Assembly (NCBI RefSeq): GCF_964204865.1
Contig: NC_135252.1
Location: 1,178,001 to 1,242,000 of the forward strand
Reading direction: 5' to 3'
DNA: 64,000 bases
DNA from: Styela clava
Taxonomy: Eukaryota
Notes under the pieces: generated by a model
What the model saw: the letters and a program-made list of their open reading frames with translations, nothing else
The model's database searches: none
Told to the model about the DNA's origin: nothing
Shown: positions 49,890-64,000 of the stretch, piece after piece
How positions within the stretch are numbered: position 1 is the first letter of the stretch
Layout of the letters: each line of letters starts with the position of its first letter
Position numbers and translations under genes: made by a program

Positions 49890-50775
49890 CAGCGGTTCCC
49901 AAACTGTGGGTTGCGACCCACGATGGGGTCGCGTGAAGATTTTACGGGGTCGCCTAATTTCTTTCAAACATGCGCACATAAATGACTTGAACATAAGGAT
50001 TTGAAAGTTGGAAAGTGAAATTTGTTCTGGTTGGCAGGTACCATAAAAGTTCAGAAGTTTGATAAGTCTTGACCGAGCAATTATTATTCTTTAGGTTTCG
50101 ATAGCGCTTTATTAATACTACTAGTAGGCTACGTGTTTGGTCCACACCGCCTCCACATAACAGTGACAATTTTCGTATTGCAATTTACGTTTTTCAGACG
50201 TTTTACACAAAATTTCGAAGCGTTCCGAGTAGTCAAACACAAAACCACAACAAGTTCTAGCATAATAAAGGCACTTAAAAGATGTGATTCCGTACACTCT
50301 TTTCTTATTTTTACATTCATGCCATGTTTTACTTTCGAATTAAAAATGGAGCAATTTGTAATATGTTAATATAGAACTGAAAATAATAAACACGCTATTG
50401 GAATATAGCCTACTAAATACTACTACTAGTACGCGTCCTTACAATCTACCACATTTTATCAAGTACATCTATGTTTTGCCAAAGAACCGTTATAATTTTG
50501 ATCTAAGAGATTATAACATCGTGGTTTTCATGCAATGCCATGTGTTGTCCAGTCTTCTCAGGATTTCCCGTTTTTCCGACAAATTGCCGGACTCGTTCGT
50601 ATATTTTTTGGGCCAATGTTCACCGACGCCAACGTCTACTTGCAGTCGATATACAGGTACGTTGTAATTAAACATATATATTGATTTTTAAATTTGCTGA
50701 ACGTTTCTAGTTGTGGGGTCGCGAGTATCTGTAAGCTTTGATTTTATGAAAATTGGGGTCGCGAAAAAAAGGTTG
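49890..50775. mobile_element. hAT Charlie-type non-autonomous element
   Basis: CAGCGGTTCCCAAACT start, ggggtcgcg subterminal motifs at both ends, aaaaggttgg at the right end. Confidence 0.7.
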
Positions 50776-51164
50776 GTTATATAACCAAAACACCGCGAGG
50801 TGACAGCAGCGAGATATTTTTTACAGATTTCTACTGTGGTTGTATTTTCGTTACATTTGTTTTTCTGAACGTTACACAAGCCTGACTTTTACAACAGTCT
50901 GACAGTACAGTGCGAAGAGCATGGCGCTGCAGGATGTTTGGTTACCTCACGGCAAGGAAATACTAAATTGTTGGTGCTATATGCCATATGTCTGTACGTC
51001 TGTATATGAGTCGTTACAACGTTATTTGTGATTAGGTTCATTTCAAGTCCATGCTTGCCAAAGAAATACTAAAATAGCCTAACTACTGGTAGCTAACTAA
51101 TCCCATACCAGTACAGCAGTACCGTTATAGCCTACTTCCATTTCCATACCCGACATAGGACTGT

Positions 51165-51502
51165 AGGATAGGATTTACATATTTATCCCGGTGGAAAAGA
51201 AAGGCGATAAGGCGGTTTAATCATATGGCGAACCACGGCCTCTCGTCCGGTTACCATTCCATGCCGGATTGTCGGGTATGGGATTAGTTAATTATTTGTT
51301 TTTGGAAGCGTAGATTTGATGGTGGAGAAGCCTGAACCGATCAGCGGTCACATGAACCACCCTACAGCAATCCTCTCGCACATAACTATCCCGCGTGGGG
51401 TTCGAACCTGCGAACCCACGCAGAGTAATCAGACTGTCAGGGGTGCGGTGGCGAGCGTCTTCCTAACGCTGTAACGCTTAGCACGATAAGCCACACCGCC
51501 GC
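51165..51502 (-). mobile_element. tRNA-derived SINE, near full length
   Basis: Minus strand has A-box-like TGGCTTATCGTGC, B box GGTTCGAACCC and tail aaatatgtaaatcctatccta. Confidence 0.85.
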
Positions 51503-52656
51503 GCGACATGGATCCCCTGATTAAATAGGCTATGTAAAATCCTATCTTACAGTCCTACCTAACCATTTCTTGTTGGCTTGTATTTTTTGTCTGTTTGTCT
51601 CTTGTTGACTGTCTTACTGTGTGTTTGTATTTTACACCTCTGTTATTGATTCTTGATTAACTGATTCATTCAATTTATTTTTACAATGAGTATGATAATA
51701 CTCAATGAATACTAGGGTGGTGTAGTCAGTCTGCGGACGATTTCATTCAAACCGCTATAAAACAAAAACCAATATTTCTAACCCGTTAATTTTTTCACCG
51801 TAGGTGCATTGGCATTTATTCTACACGCTGAACTTCGAATTAACTTTCTACGACCAGGGGTTAAAGCTATACAAACCACCAAAGTACGACACTCTGAAGA
51901 CGTATTTGCGACCGAACGACCAGTGTGCGACCACGGCCTTGAACATCGTTTCTGCTGCGTCGAGACTAGAGCATACGCAGCCATGCGTGAAAAAATGGGC
52001 TTCTAATTGCATTTCTGACCGTCATATATTTTAAGAACACGATTATTTCAAACAAAATTCTTCAAATTATAAACAAAGCACCGCATCACAGCAATCAAAC
52101 AGACAAAAACACGGTGGTCGCAAATTGGTTGACAAAGATATTATTGACGTATTGGAAATGCGCACCCCCCTACTCCCCCTCCTTTGAAGATAGAAACGCG
52201 AAACTTTAAAGATGGGTGAAAGAAATTAGTGTGTGAGATACTGAGATACAAAATATTTTGTGATGTAATCAATTTTAATTTATCAATCAGCAATTGAAAT
52301 ATCATTTTTCATAATTTCATGCTGCTTATAATAACGTCAGAACTTACTGTTTTAAATGGGGTTCATGCTTGATTGGTCCTAATACTGTAATATACTATAT
52401 TTTTATAATTTGTTGCGAACCATGCATTCAAATACATTTCTAATAATTTGAAGCTATACAGTTTGTTAGACTTTCTAATATTATATAATGAGTATATTCA
52501 ATTTTATCAAGCCTAAATTTTCATCCTTGATTTCAGTGTTAATATATGCAGTAGAGTATTTTGAATTTGCAGTGTTTCGTTCAATTGCGTTGAAAGTCAA
52601 GTCAGCCATGCTGATGGTGTGATCTTACTACTTATTGACTGGACCAAGAATCCCAA

Positions 52657-55600
52657 ATGGCATTGGTCACCAACAGACAAATATCAACTAATTCCCAGGT
52701 TAATTGATTTGTGTTCTCGTTATATATCTTTTCATTTTCATGCTATATAAGTTAGGTTTTTTATGTTAATTGTATAAGTGCTAAATAGATGATTAATATT
52801 TACGTTCAAGTCAATGTATTCTATAGTCAATGTATATCATCAGTCAAAACTAGCCTTGAGAGTAGGGATGTTTAAAACACTTAGTTTTTTATATATGATA
52901 TTTTGAAAAAGTTGCTTTCAAAAATCAGTGTTTTTGTGTAAAATTTAACTATTTGTGGTGAAGTTGTGATAAATATCAAGTAAAAGTAGATCCATATAAT
53001 GTTTTATTTGAACATTCGGCATATTTGCCATTCCTAATATTTTCATTCTTATTTTATCTAGTCATGGTTGGGAGCTGTTGACGTAGGATATCTGACAGAG
53101 TCAGAACGAGATGCAATTCTTGATGTTTTGCAACGAGATGAAAGTGTTCGTCAAAAAGAAAATAACAGAATATCGTATGTTGTTGTACTTGATAAATCAT
53201 AATTATTTATGGCCATGAGTTCACGAAAAAGTTGCAAAATGATTACTGAATAAGGAATCAAATAAATAATATAGTAACCTAAAACAAAATCTCAGTATAC
53301 TGGTATAGTCGTACATTTTTGAAATTAAAATTTAAAGAAATCAAATTTTCTACATTACTATAATACACAGATATAAATATTCATCGCTTTATTGAAGAAT
53401 TTTCCTCACATATAATTTTTCAATGCATGTTGTAATTACCTCATTAATCGACGGACAGGAAACATCATTCAATCCTTTCCAATTCAGAGTATTGAAGTCT
53501 GAGCTTCGTGATGTTCGAAGAAAAGGTGCCAAACGAGCAGAGAATTCATATTCAACAAGAATTTGTGCAAGATGTAATAATAAAACTGGAATTATATTTA
53601 ATTCGGCTGCTCAGTGTCCTATTTGCAAACATAAGGTGATATATTCAGTATCATAATTGTACCATGGCCGATATTTTTCAACCTGTGATAATATACTTAT
53701 TTTTAATACAAACATATTTTGAAAAAAAAATATGTCTTTACTTGCCTAATGCTTTGGAGTTCACAATATCAGTTGTAATAATCTTCAGTAAATTTGTATT
53801 TCTGTTTTAATCCAATATCAATTTAATAATGATAAAATAAATGGACTGTGTGAAACTCCCAGCGCTTCATGTTTTGTTCGCGCTGATCACTTATACATAC
53901 TTCTGTAGTTGTCAAATGCAATTACCGGTTTTAATTTTTTTATCTTTATAATACAAAGGTCTGCCAGCAGTGTAGGATGACTGGAATATTCAGTAAAGAA
54001 TGGAAATGTGTTGTCTGCTATCAAGAGGCGTAAGTTTAGTCTTCATATTCCTTTTTTACATGTGGATCACATATTGCATGGGCAACATTATATCTTTTGG
54101 ATAGTTCAGTGTTAAGTTAGCTTATGAAAATAATATCATGTCACAGTATATCAGTAATTTGCTCAATTCGTCTGGTATTAGTTTTACAAAACAGGCTTTC
54201 TTATCCCGAGTTTGTTACACAGGATGTTTTACAAGTTCCACATCTCATTACTTGATTGACAGACATATATGTCACTACTGTCCTAAAAAAGAAACAATAG
54301 GCCTATAGAATTTCAACCTGCTACAATCATATGAATGAATTTCCTATAAGCTATTCAATATTCTAGTCAAGTGTCAATTGAATAATATCGCTCTGGTATG
54401 AAATACACATTATAAAAGAAAGATTTTTCTGTAGTGATATTCTAATTAGGCAACTTTAGTACTGCTTGCATTTGTTAATGAAGGCTATAAAATTATTTGA
54501 TTATAAATGTCTATAACTAATCAAAGATTCGATTCCATTCGGAATTATATTATATTCTTTCAAATTTTTAATTTTTGGTTTAAGAGGTATTTCTAAGTAG
54601 CCCATTTCATTTGAAAATTATTATCATGTTGAGTAGTTAAATCTCACAGTATGACAAAAATGGTGTTCTGAAAATTGAAGAAAATGGAGAACCAATCAAA
54701 TTATTGTTCATCCTAACTTTCCTGAGAGCACGCTCTTTAAAAAGTAGTGTGTAGTTTTTATTTTATTGTTCATAACCATGTGGGTGGAAAGGAATTCGTA
54801 AGTATTTGATAAATGGGTGTGTCATGTTTGTTGCTATCATATTTTATTTGTGCCAAAATGAATTCGACTCATTTTAATAACTTTAGTATTTATCTAATGT
54901 TGGTAAGTGATCCACCCATTGTTCTGATGCTCAAACAATATTTACCACAACATTTTACAAAAAATCTTGGAATCTGCTACAGAATCTTATTCTATTTCCC
55001 TATTTAGTTTTAAAATCTCATATTCCAATTGCTTCAAGGCCGATTCTTAGCTGCATTACTTAATAATATCCTTTAAAAAACTGTCTATGTATTTATATTC
55101 TACAAGTCGTACACATTCTATTTTCTGCAATTTATATCCTATAATGATCATCTGACTTTTGGTTATTTTCCATTCTACAAGCATTCTTATTCATTTTTTT
55201 TTCATTCAAGCAGCTGTTATGTGGATTCATGTAAGTTGATAAATGCAGTGTTGATTACAAGATATAAGTGGTGTTCATTAGTTAGTGGCCTGGTTTAAAA
55301 GTTAGATTTTGCATGACATTTTGTGTTCTTGTTTCAGTTGTATTACTGTTTGAATGAAAAACACAAATTTTAATTTTGAATCCCTATGTATAAAATATAG
55401 ATAAAACGACACAACATACTTGTTTTAGGTATCCAACATATTAAATTTGTACATTTATTCTTGTAAACATTTTCCCTTTTTCTAATGTCTTTCCACATAG
55501 ACAATTAAAATTCTGCATTTTCAAGTAATTTTTGTTAGACAGTTTCTCTACATGCAGGCCAGTCCGTCTGTTTTCAACAATATGGTATTATAAGTATGGA

Positions 55601-58600
55601 CCAGTAATATATATATATCAATAATTATTTAATATGTGGGTTCTCTAAGAAGAAAAAGAATTTTTAAAAGTTTCTGAAGCCTAGGTGAAAAATTGAGTGT
55701 AAATCCTAAATCATTTCATTTTAAATAGCTGAATTTTCTAAATTTGCAGATATCATAAGATTTGTAAGGAATGATACTTCTTGATATTTGATACTTTATA
55801 TTTATTATTTCTGCATGAAATCACGAAAATTTCTAAACGAAACATTATATGGCTTTGAGATATAAAAATGATGTGTTATAACTGATTCATTATTTTGTTT
55901 TAGAAAAAAAAAACGCTTCAGTTATGTTTTCTGTGTTCTGTTCTGTTAGAATATAAATATTTATTTATCAATACAATTGAAAAAAAAATGCCAACCACTT
56001 GAACATGAGAATTTCATATCTGAATTATCTTGACTTAAGAATTGAAACATCATTTCCTGTCTAGTTCGTGTTGTCAACCTATTTTGAACGGAACTGAGTT
56101 TCATATTTCTGCAATCATGCAATATTTATAATTTGTTACAAAACTAGCAAATTCATTGTTATAGTAATCTATTTCTACCAGAAATATCATTTTGTCAGAT
56201 GTTCTTTGGTATTCTTACTCAGTCTTAAAATGTTTTTTTACATGTCATCCAAATAGCAGCAAATTTGTAAAATATGCTTATTTTTCTGTGTAATCCGACA
56301 TCAACCATCGTTTTTCCAAAATCGTAATATTTCGCAGAAACAAAAACAATATATTTGCTTATAATGCATTTGTTTTAAACAAAATTGTGAAATATATTTC
56401 AGGGAAGTAGGCCTACTACATAGAGCGCAAGTTTTTCAAAATTATTTTACTGAGTTATGATTCAAAATTTTATTGTTTATTTTACCTATTTTATTGACAG
56501 TGGCCAGTAATAGCTTATCCATTTTGTATCTTCTGAAAATATTGCACTCACTATGGGATCATAATTTAGAAAAATACCAGTAAATATAAAGTCTATGTAA
56601 AAAATTTTTATATAATGTATACATTTTTTAATTCTAATATTTATTTATACAGATTGTTCATAGAATCTTTTCTTTAATAAGTAAACCGCCCTTTTAACGC
56701 TTAGCAAAACAAATTGTGTGGAGTACATGTTTTTGTTGTTATGGTTATCACCTAATTAAAATTCAATCTTTTTAGTCCACAAGTCACAGGAAAAATAATC
56801 ATGGTTTCAGACACAATATAATATTTTATATGCGATGTTTGAAATTTGTTTCAATTTTGACAGAAAACTTAAAGCTGAGACTGGTGAATGGTTTTATGGT
56901 TTGATGCGACCTGAACTTCGAAGTATGCAAGATGGTCCAACCTTAGTTAAACAAGCTGTGAATACAAAACCCATCCATTGTAAGTCTATTTCACTAAAGT
57001 CGTAAGAGTGCAATACTATAATCCAAGATGGAAACAATTGTTTACCTGATACAGAATGACTTAGCAGGGAGTGAGAGTTTGACATGTTTTTATTGATATT
57101 AGAGCCAGTGTTGTATTTTGAAGCTCTCAGGATTCTGCGCCAAAGTAGAAGTTCTCGAAATCATTATATCTAACTTCTCGTCATATTTTTTGTGGAAACT
57201 ACAAAAAGCATGCAGTTCACCAAGCATCCTTAATTAATAACAAACAATAATAGAAGACTTGCATAGCCAAAATTTTTATAAAATCCGTGAGCTATGATAC
57301 GAGTTCAAAATTGTTTATAGCCTGGATTCAAAAGTCTATGTTGGAGCTTGGAACATTTTTTATTTGAATTTTGTTATCTTGTTCAATTGAGGCCACAAAT
57401 TGTACATTTTTATGATTGGTAATTAGCTTTTTATCTTCTTTTAGTTGATCAAAGATCAGATGAAGTTTCAAATCATTCAAAATCTGCTCCTGAAATAACT
57501 TGTACTCCGGCATCTTCGTCTATTTCCAAAAGCTCTAAGAGAGGTATATAGTCTGCCGTATAGTTGTGTAGTTTTGTCATATTTTTGATCACACCAGCAA
57601 ATATTCAGCAACCAGAAAAAATTTTCTTGTCAACTTATTTTATATATAACAACAAATATATTTTATCAAATCTTATTTACCAGTCTTAGATTTCAGAAAA
57701 ATAAAATCTGTTATTAACATCAATAACATAATAATACAATCAGGAGATTGTGTATCTGCCAGTTTAGCAAATGTTTCTTTAATTCCTTCAGATACAGTCA
57801 GTCTGAATAGTTTTGACACCGAAGATACAGGCAGTTCTACAGAATCTAGGAAACAGAGATCTAAGAGAGGAAGACTAGGTCCTGCAGAGACTGGTTCTAT
57901 AGGTGAATTGAGAAGGTATGAAAGCTATTACAATTTGTTGTTCTTTTTGTCTGGATGTGATCTTTGCTGAATGTTAGTAAAGCTTGCCGAAATAAAGAAC
58001 TTTATTGGTTTGGATGATTTGACCAACTTTCTACTCAAAATTTTTTGCAACGAATTTTTCAAGACATCCATTACTTTTTGGTATGTGTTTCTGTACATAT
58101 TTCATATTAAATGCTCGAAAAGTATTTCTGAGGTGTTCTGTGAATAGCGAGTGAGAGGTAAGCAAAATTATTTTATTTGTTTTAGACCAAGTCCGGTTCG
58201 ACACACACGTTCAGGTAGTCCTCATGGAAGCCCTACTCTTTCTCCCAGACATAGAAGAACAAATACTCTACCTTCAACTTCTAATACGCCTCCTGGGTAT
58301 TTTTATTTATTTTTTCTTATCTCAAGCATTTAAGTCAGATTTTCCTTAAAAATCAATTTTTATATATACCTTCGTGTATATGAGTGTTAATAAATTAATC
58401 GCCAAAGTCGGAATGAATCATTTGCTTCTTTCAGATTCTTGCAGTAAAATGTTCAAAAATTTAGAGCTTAGATTTCAATTTTTTGTAAGGATTGTTGTAA
58501 CAGAAGATTTTGCACAAATAAATTTTTCTTTGTGACGATGAAAAGAGATAATGAAGGAGAAAAAGGCTCTGTCAGTGTAGAACCTATTTTGTGTGTATAT

Positions 58601-61600
58601 TGATAATTATTCAAATTATAATAGTCTGAAATTCTTATGAAGTAAATAATTTTACCAATATCTCAGACCTGCTAAACCACCAAGAATTGCTGACCTTGCA
58701 ACTATTATGCTTGCTAACAAAAAGAAACAACAACAACAAGAACAACTGCAACATACTAAACCTGAAGTTAGAAGACAATACAGTGGGATTGAGGAAATTA
58801 ACACTCAACCATTCCTGCTATTGCCTCGCAACAAAGCTGGGTAGGCGTCTCCGAGTCCATCTTGTTTTCATCATACAATATAATCATTGAGCCGCTATAA
58901 TTTATAAAAATTTGCTTCATTTTTATACACAAATACACACCAAGATTGATGTCAAAGTAGAAGCTGATTTTATATAAAATGAAATTGATTGATATGAAAT
59001 TGAGAAATGTGCTTCCTATAAATATATTTGTGTTAAGCAGGAATTACTTATACACTCACATATACAGTATAAACTCGAAGTAGAAGCGAAATTAATTCGA
59101 CCCGGAAGCAGTTTTGTAAGCAGAAAATTCCATAAGTAGGAACTCATTTACCCTATTATTGCCCTAATCTGTTCCAAGCCCTCACAAAAGTGCGTTTTAC
59201 AAATTTTCGGTTTTCTGCCTTTCGTATTTAGAAGCATCCTTATTATTCGGAGCAAAATTCTATAGAAAGATGTCTCGTAACTTGGAAATTTCATAACCGG
59301 GGTCTTTCGTTAGTGGAGATTCCACTGTACTTGTCTTGAACCACAAGCTTTTATTCATGTAAAAAACTCGATACTGACCATTGTTCATGAATTTTGCTGT
59401 ACATTTATGGCAAGTTTTTAAAGAATTACGGTAGTTGTTTTTACTGTCATTATTTTTTCTTCTCAGAATTGAGATGGCAGATCCTGCAAATGACGACAGA
59501 TACTCTGAACATGATTCTATCAGTTCTGCTGAATCAAAAAGCATAGATGGTGTGTTTGAAGAATATATTTCTCAGAAACAGAGAGGTATGATGCATTTTA
59601 ATCTGCTGTTATTTCGAAAAAATATTCATTTCTAGCAGATTTTGTATTTGTTTATTTGTTAGACTAGGGATGTACAAAATTTTGAATTTCAAAAGGATTG
59701 TGAATAAAAGAAGGCTTTTAAAAATGCAATAGCTGAACTTATTGAATGTCCTGTAAAATCTGTCGTTTCACTGCTGTGGTTTTCCAAAATAATCTTGTAT
59801 CCTATTTGTTTTAAGCTGAATATAATTTTACAGAAGTCCAGAATCCATGGCAATTATTAAATCCGACTTTACCAATGTTGGAATGTTTAGTTTTCAAGCA
59901 TTTCTAGTTGATTTATTCTTTTGAATTGTAACATAAACATAGGAGGTGTATGACACCCTTGCATAAATAGTTGATGCCAAGTATGGAACAATAAAATATA
60001 GCGCACATAATATATGCTGAATAACAAAGAACCAGAAAAAAGTATTTGTTAATGGATTATTTTACCACAATCAGTGTATGGCTGTTTCAACAATTTCCAC
60101 GCTTTGTGTGACCTGAAAAGTAATCCTATAAATATCAGTTTTCGATCTATGTTAATTAATAATTTAGAGAATTTAGCACTCAGCCGCCATTAGCTCGGCC
60201 CATGACTCTAATGGAATGCGTTATCTTCAGGGGAGTATGTCACTGGCCTTTGTGAAAATTATATGGAGCGTACTCTGCTAATATAAGGAAATTTCATGCA
60301 TTGCGTTTAAGCTTAGTGAAGCATGAGGTGACTTATGTTTTGATTAGCAGTGTAGTATCAATGATTAATATAAGTATGATGTGTATATAACTATTACTGG
60401 CCATATATTAAATTGCACTCCAAGATTTATGAAGTTTATACTATAATACAGAGGAGCAGAGGCAGAATTCGGCTTTGACAGAAAGATCTGACAGTCATTA
60501 CTCATCAAATAGTAGTCTTTCCAGGTGAGTTTTCATAGATCTGTTTTGATTTTATGCTTGATTCAAGTTGTCATTTGTTGTTGTGTACGTTTTTTCCATT
60601 CTTTCTGCTTGTTCTTTTTGATTAATATAGTGTTATTACCGCTAGTTCCTAATGCATGAAAGTATAGTTTCTATCAATGTAGTCTATGTCAATATTATAC
60701 ATGAAATTAGTCTATCTCTGGGGAAATATACCGGTAAGTCAAATATTCCAATAGATGAGCAATGGCAAGATAAACCTTTTTTAATATCTAACTTGAGGTA
60801 TTTTTCAAATGGAACTACCATAGTTCTTATTTAGTGGAAATCCTTTTTTTATTTTTCATATTTGTTCTGCCAATATAATGCTTGACTAAAAGATTATGTG
60901 AAAAGGATTATTTGAATTCCTGTGTCAGGGGGAACATGAGAAATCATTTATATTACATCTTAGTTTCAGATCTGCACAATCAATGCCTTTTCATAGTTTT
61001 GACTTGATTTACAAAATTATTCGTTTAGGTAAATTAACTCATATTATGCTCTAGGTTATTTTATCTTATTAATTATCACTTATCAGTGTCTTATCTATTT
61101 CCAGCAAACACAAGAGATCGCACAAGTCTAATCACAGTGAAAGATATCTAGGAGAAACTGAAGATCAAATATCACAACTTCCAGAACCAAGAGTTTCTAC
61201 TTTACCAAGAAGATTAAACGAGAAATTACTCCGACAAAATAAACTGAGCGTATCAGTACCTACTGTATATGAACCAACAAAACATAATAGAACGTCACAA
61301 CCTGGATTGGTAAGTGGAATTAGTCACCTCTTCAGTATTGTGTTTCTTTGTATTGTTGTTTCTAGTATTTAAAATATGTCATCTTAAAATTGGGGAATAT
61401 GGAAAGATGAATTGTTTTTGATCCAGTCCAAACCTAGAATCATCAGCATTTCCTGTTTTCTTGAAGCTGCCTTGGTTGGGTGACTAAACTAAAATGGAGA
61501 GAGGTCATTAAAGCACACCGTTTTTTATTTACTCATAACGATTATCGTTATATATTTGAATATAAAAGTCTTTCAACTTCTAGGAATTATCTTTTCCTTT

Positions 61601-63087
61601 GCAACATTGGTAGAATACATGAATGTAGGATTTCGGAATCTGTCGAAAGTCTTATCTATTCCTAGTGGCATATCAGGACATTCGAAACAATTTTAGAACA
61701 TTTTAAAGAAAATAATGTTGTGTTTCATAAATTTTTCCAAATTCAGGTTGAGACAGCTAAGTCATCGAAGGTATATCATGCAATAACATTGTCATCCATT
61801 TCTGTCGATTTAATTTTTCAGTTTTTGCTTGTATAATTTTTTCAACATCGCTAATCTACGTTTTTATCTCAGTATTATTTCATTTATAGTTATTAAATTA
61901 AAGTCAATGTTTTAGATTTCATATCGATTATGCTTATATCATGAGATTTCATTTTATTACTCTGATATTGGTATTCCTATTTTTACTTTGAACGAAGCTT
62001 AATAAAGGTAATCTCAAGAGATTTCAGAATGTTTTGGGATCAGAAAATTAAAAATGTTATGTTACCCCATCCTCAAAGTACTCAGGCAGTACTGAGTAAG
62101 TACCGAGGCACTAATCACCAGGCAATATTGTTATATATATACCAGACAGGAGACATAAATTTTTTACATTGTTGATTCATCATTATGCTATTCCATCAAG
62201 ATTTTGTTGTATGCGTCCCACTTTTTTGTGAAAAATGCATCATGGATATTTATGATCACTTGAAATTTCAAAACAAATTTGTCAAATTTGCCTGTCATCT
62301 ATCGAGCTTTCACTGTTCCATATCATATTGCTAATTGCATGAAAGGAAAAAAATCCTGTGCTACTAAATGCGATGAATGTTCATATTTGATATGCTGTGG
62401 TTTTTATTCTACCTCATAATAGTTTGGCCAATTTCGATGAGCACACCTCTGATTACCCTATGTGGGTTCGCAGTTTCAAATCCCATGTGGTATGGTTATG
62501 TGCGAGAGGATTGCTGGACTCCTCGCCCGCCGTAAGGTGGTTCACGTAACCGCTGGTCGGTATGGCTTCCTCCATCATCAAGTCCATGCTTCCGAAAACA
62601 AATAACTGGCTAACTAATCCCATACCTGACATGGACTGGTAACCAGACAAGAGGCCGTGGTTCCTCATATGATTAGGCGTCCTATCGGTTTTCCTCTCCC
62701 TTTGGATAAATATGTAAATCCTATCCCTATACTATTTTGCAGTAAGACATATTCATTTTTCAAGAAAATTTGCTTTTCTCACTCAGAAGTGAACTCATCT
62801 GACTCTGAGCAAAGTTATGGACTACAACTGGAAATTGGTTTTAAATGATATCATTTCGAGTTTGAAATTTTCATAAAAAGGAATTTTTCAATACTGCTTT
62901 TTATAAACTAAATGTTATGGACACTCTCATTATGTATATATCATTTAGCATGCACATAAACCATCAGCAATTTTGTTATCACTATTTCATTTAGGTTGAT
63001 GATAATCACAGTAATACAGATCATGAAAGCATGGATTATTCACTTGCTATGAACAGAGATTTATCAACATCTGTACCAAATCTTACG
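52657..63087 (+). CDS. SYTL5: Synaptotagmin-like protein (Slp4/Slp5-type Rab27 effector), 5' part; C2 domains expected beyond the window
   Basis: Exons 52657-52698, 53062-53174 (YLTESERDAILDVLQRDE, SHD1), 53488-53635 (RRKGAKR..CARC..CPIC), 53959-54029 (VCQQCR..WKCVVC), 56864-56979 (TGEWFY, SHD2), 57792-57915, 58186-58296, 58667-58840, 59467-59585, (60184-60234), 60452-60524, 61105-61309, 61747-61770 and 62995-63087. SYTL4 versus SYTL5 cannot be resolved. Confidence 0.85.
59066..59328. mobile_element. Tigger/pogo-like MITE (degenerate)
   Basis: TA-CAGTATAAACTC...GAGATTCCACTG-TA. Confidence 0.5.
62440..62728 (+). mobile_element. tRNA-derived SINE, 5'-truncated, in an SYTL intron
   Basis: Body and tail match the 45790-46397 copy without its MITE. 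Confidence 0.85.
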
Positions 63088-63284
63088 GTTAGTGAGACAG
63101 AATTTTAGTTCTTTCAAATTGTTATCATGTATGGACCCGAACATTATTTTTTTTGCTGATTTGCTGTAAAAATTCTTGTTTAAAACATTGTCATAGTCTT
63201 GTGTATTTATTTTATGAATTATTTGTTACAAGTTATGTATATGGTGGCATGATTTTTTGTAATATAATTTCCAAATTTGTTGTA

Positions 63285-63483
63285 CAGGGCGACCCAAAAA
63301 AACAGGCAATTTCTCAATTTTTTTTTCATAAATTTCTCAATTATTGATTCAATATTTGAACATTCGAAACTTCTGTTTGTGTATGACTAGGATTGTACTC
63401 AGAGGTTTTAGTAATGTAGACGAAAGTAATTTTCTCCCTAGAGTGTTCCAAATTACCTGGGTTCTGTTTTTTTGGTCATCCTG
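63285..63483. mobile_element. Tc1/mariner-type MITE
   Basis: TA-CAGGGCGACCCAAAAAAACAG...CTGTTTTTTTGGTCATCCTG-TA. Confidence 0.75.
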
Positions 63484-64000
63484 TATATATTTAGCCCTAT
63501 CTAGTAAGTGTTAACATTAATAGTCATTATATGCCAATGTTTATTCAATTTTCTTTGACTCAGTATAAAAGTTTAATTTCAGGCTTTTCTGGTATTACAA
63601 ATTTTTAGAGGAAATTGAAATAATGTAGCAATAGGATAAGATCACGAATTTACCAGCTACTTCCATTTTTGCTGTTTAGGAAAATTGATAGTAAAAATTA
63701 TTGGTTTCCGGTTTTGTTACTTTTTTGTTAAACGTCCATTACCATGATGATTTCTGTTATCAATTTTAGAAAAGTACAACAAGCTTGAACAGTGTTGGTC
63801 ATCATGATTTACCCATCACAGGAGAAATCAAATTTTCTTTGAATTTCAATTATAAGTAAGTACCAATATAAATGGAGGGGTCAATGTGGTAAATTAAACT
63901 AGTTATCAATAAGGAAATTTGCCTCGGCTGCCAATAATCTGTATTTCACATATATTCGCCTGGTAAACTCCCAAGATTTGTGGTTATGAAATTATGTCAT

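Noticed and set aside
51165-51502. tRNA gene
   Set aside because: A and B boxes are present but there is no cloverleaf; it is a dispersed multi-copy body with a tail, i.e. a SINE.

Overview
AT-rich, intron-dense eukaryotic DNA. The chordate-like proteins, short introns and repeat content suggest an ascidian/tunicate, which is an inference. Most genes are spliced and largely missed by the ORF track, so I assembled them by hand from GT-AG sites and reading phase. From left to right: the decayed 3' end of a Gypsy element with its LTR (1-1302); an orphan signal-peptide, Cys-containing secreted-precursor gene (minus, ~1449-4121) whose promoter and exon 1 are tandemly duplicated with a dead second copy; nested hAT elements and a LINE remnant; an intronless EHHADH (10965-13166, PTS1 SRL) whose ATG overlaps the stop of a 50-codon upstream ORF (TAATG) right at a 3' splice acceptor; SLC35B1 (minus) with two paralogous alternative first coding exons; CEP19 (minus); a BTB/POZ gene with no zinc fingers and an unassigned basic C-terminal domain (minus, ~33161-45117); and the 5' part of a synaptotagmin-like Rab effector (SYTL4/5-like, plus, from 52657, running off the window). 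Intergenic and intronic space holds many non-autonomous hAT, Tc1/pogo and Merlin-like MITEs, a foldback element, a solo LTR and tRNA-derived SINEs, often nested. No CRISPR, rRNA or tRNA genes were seen.
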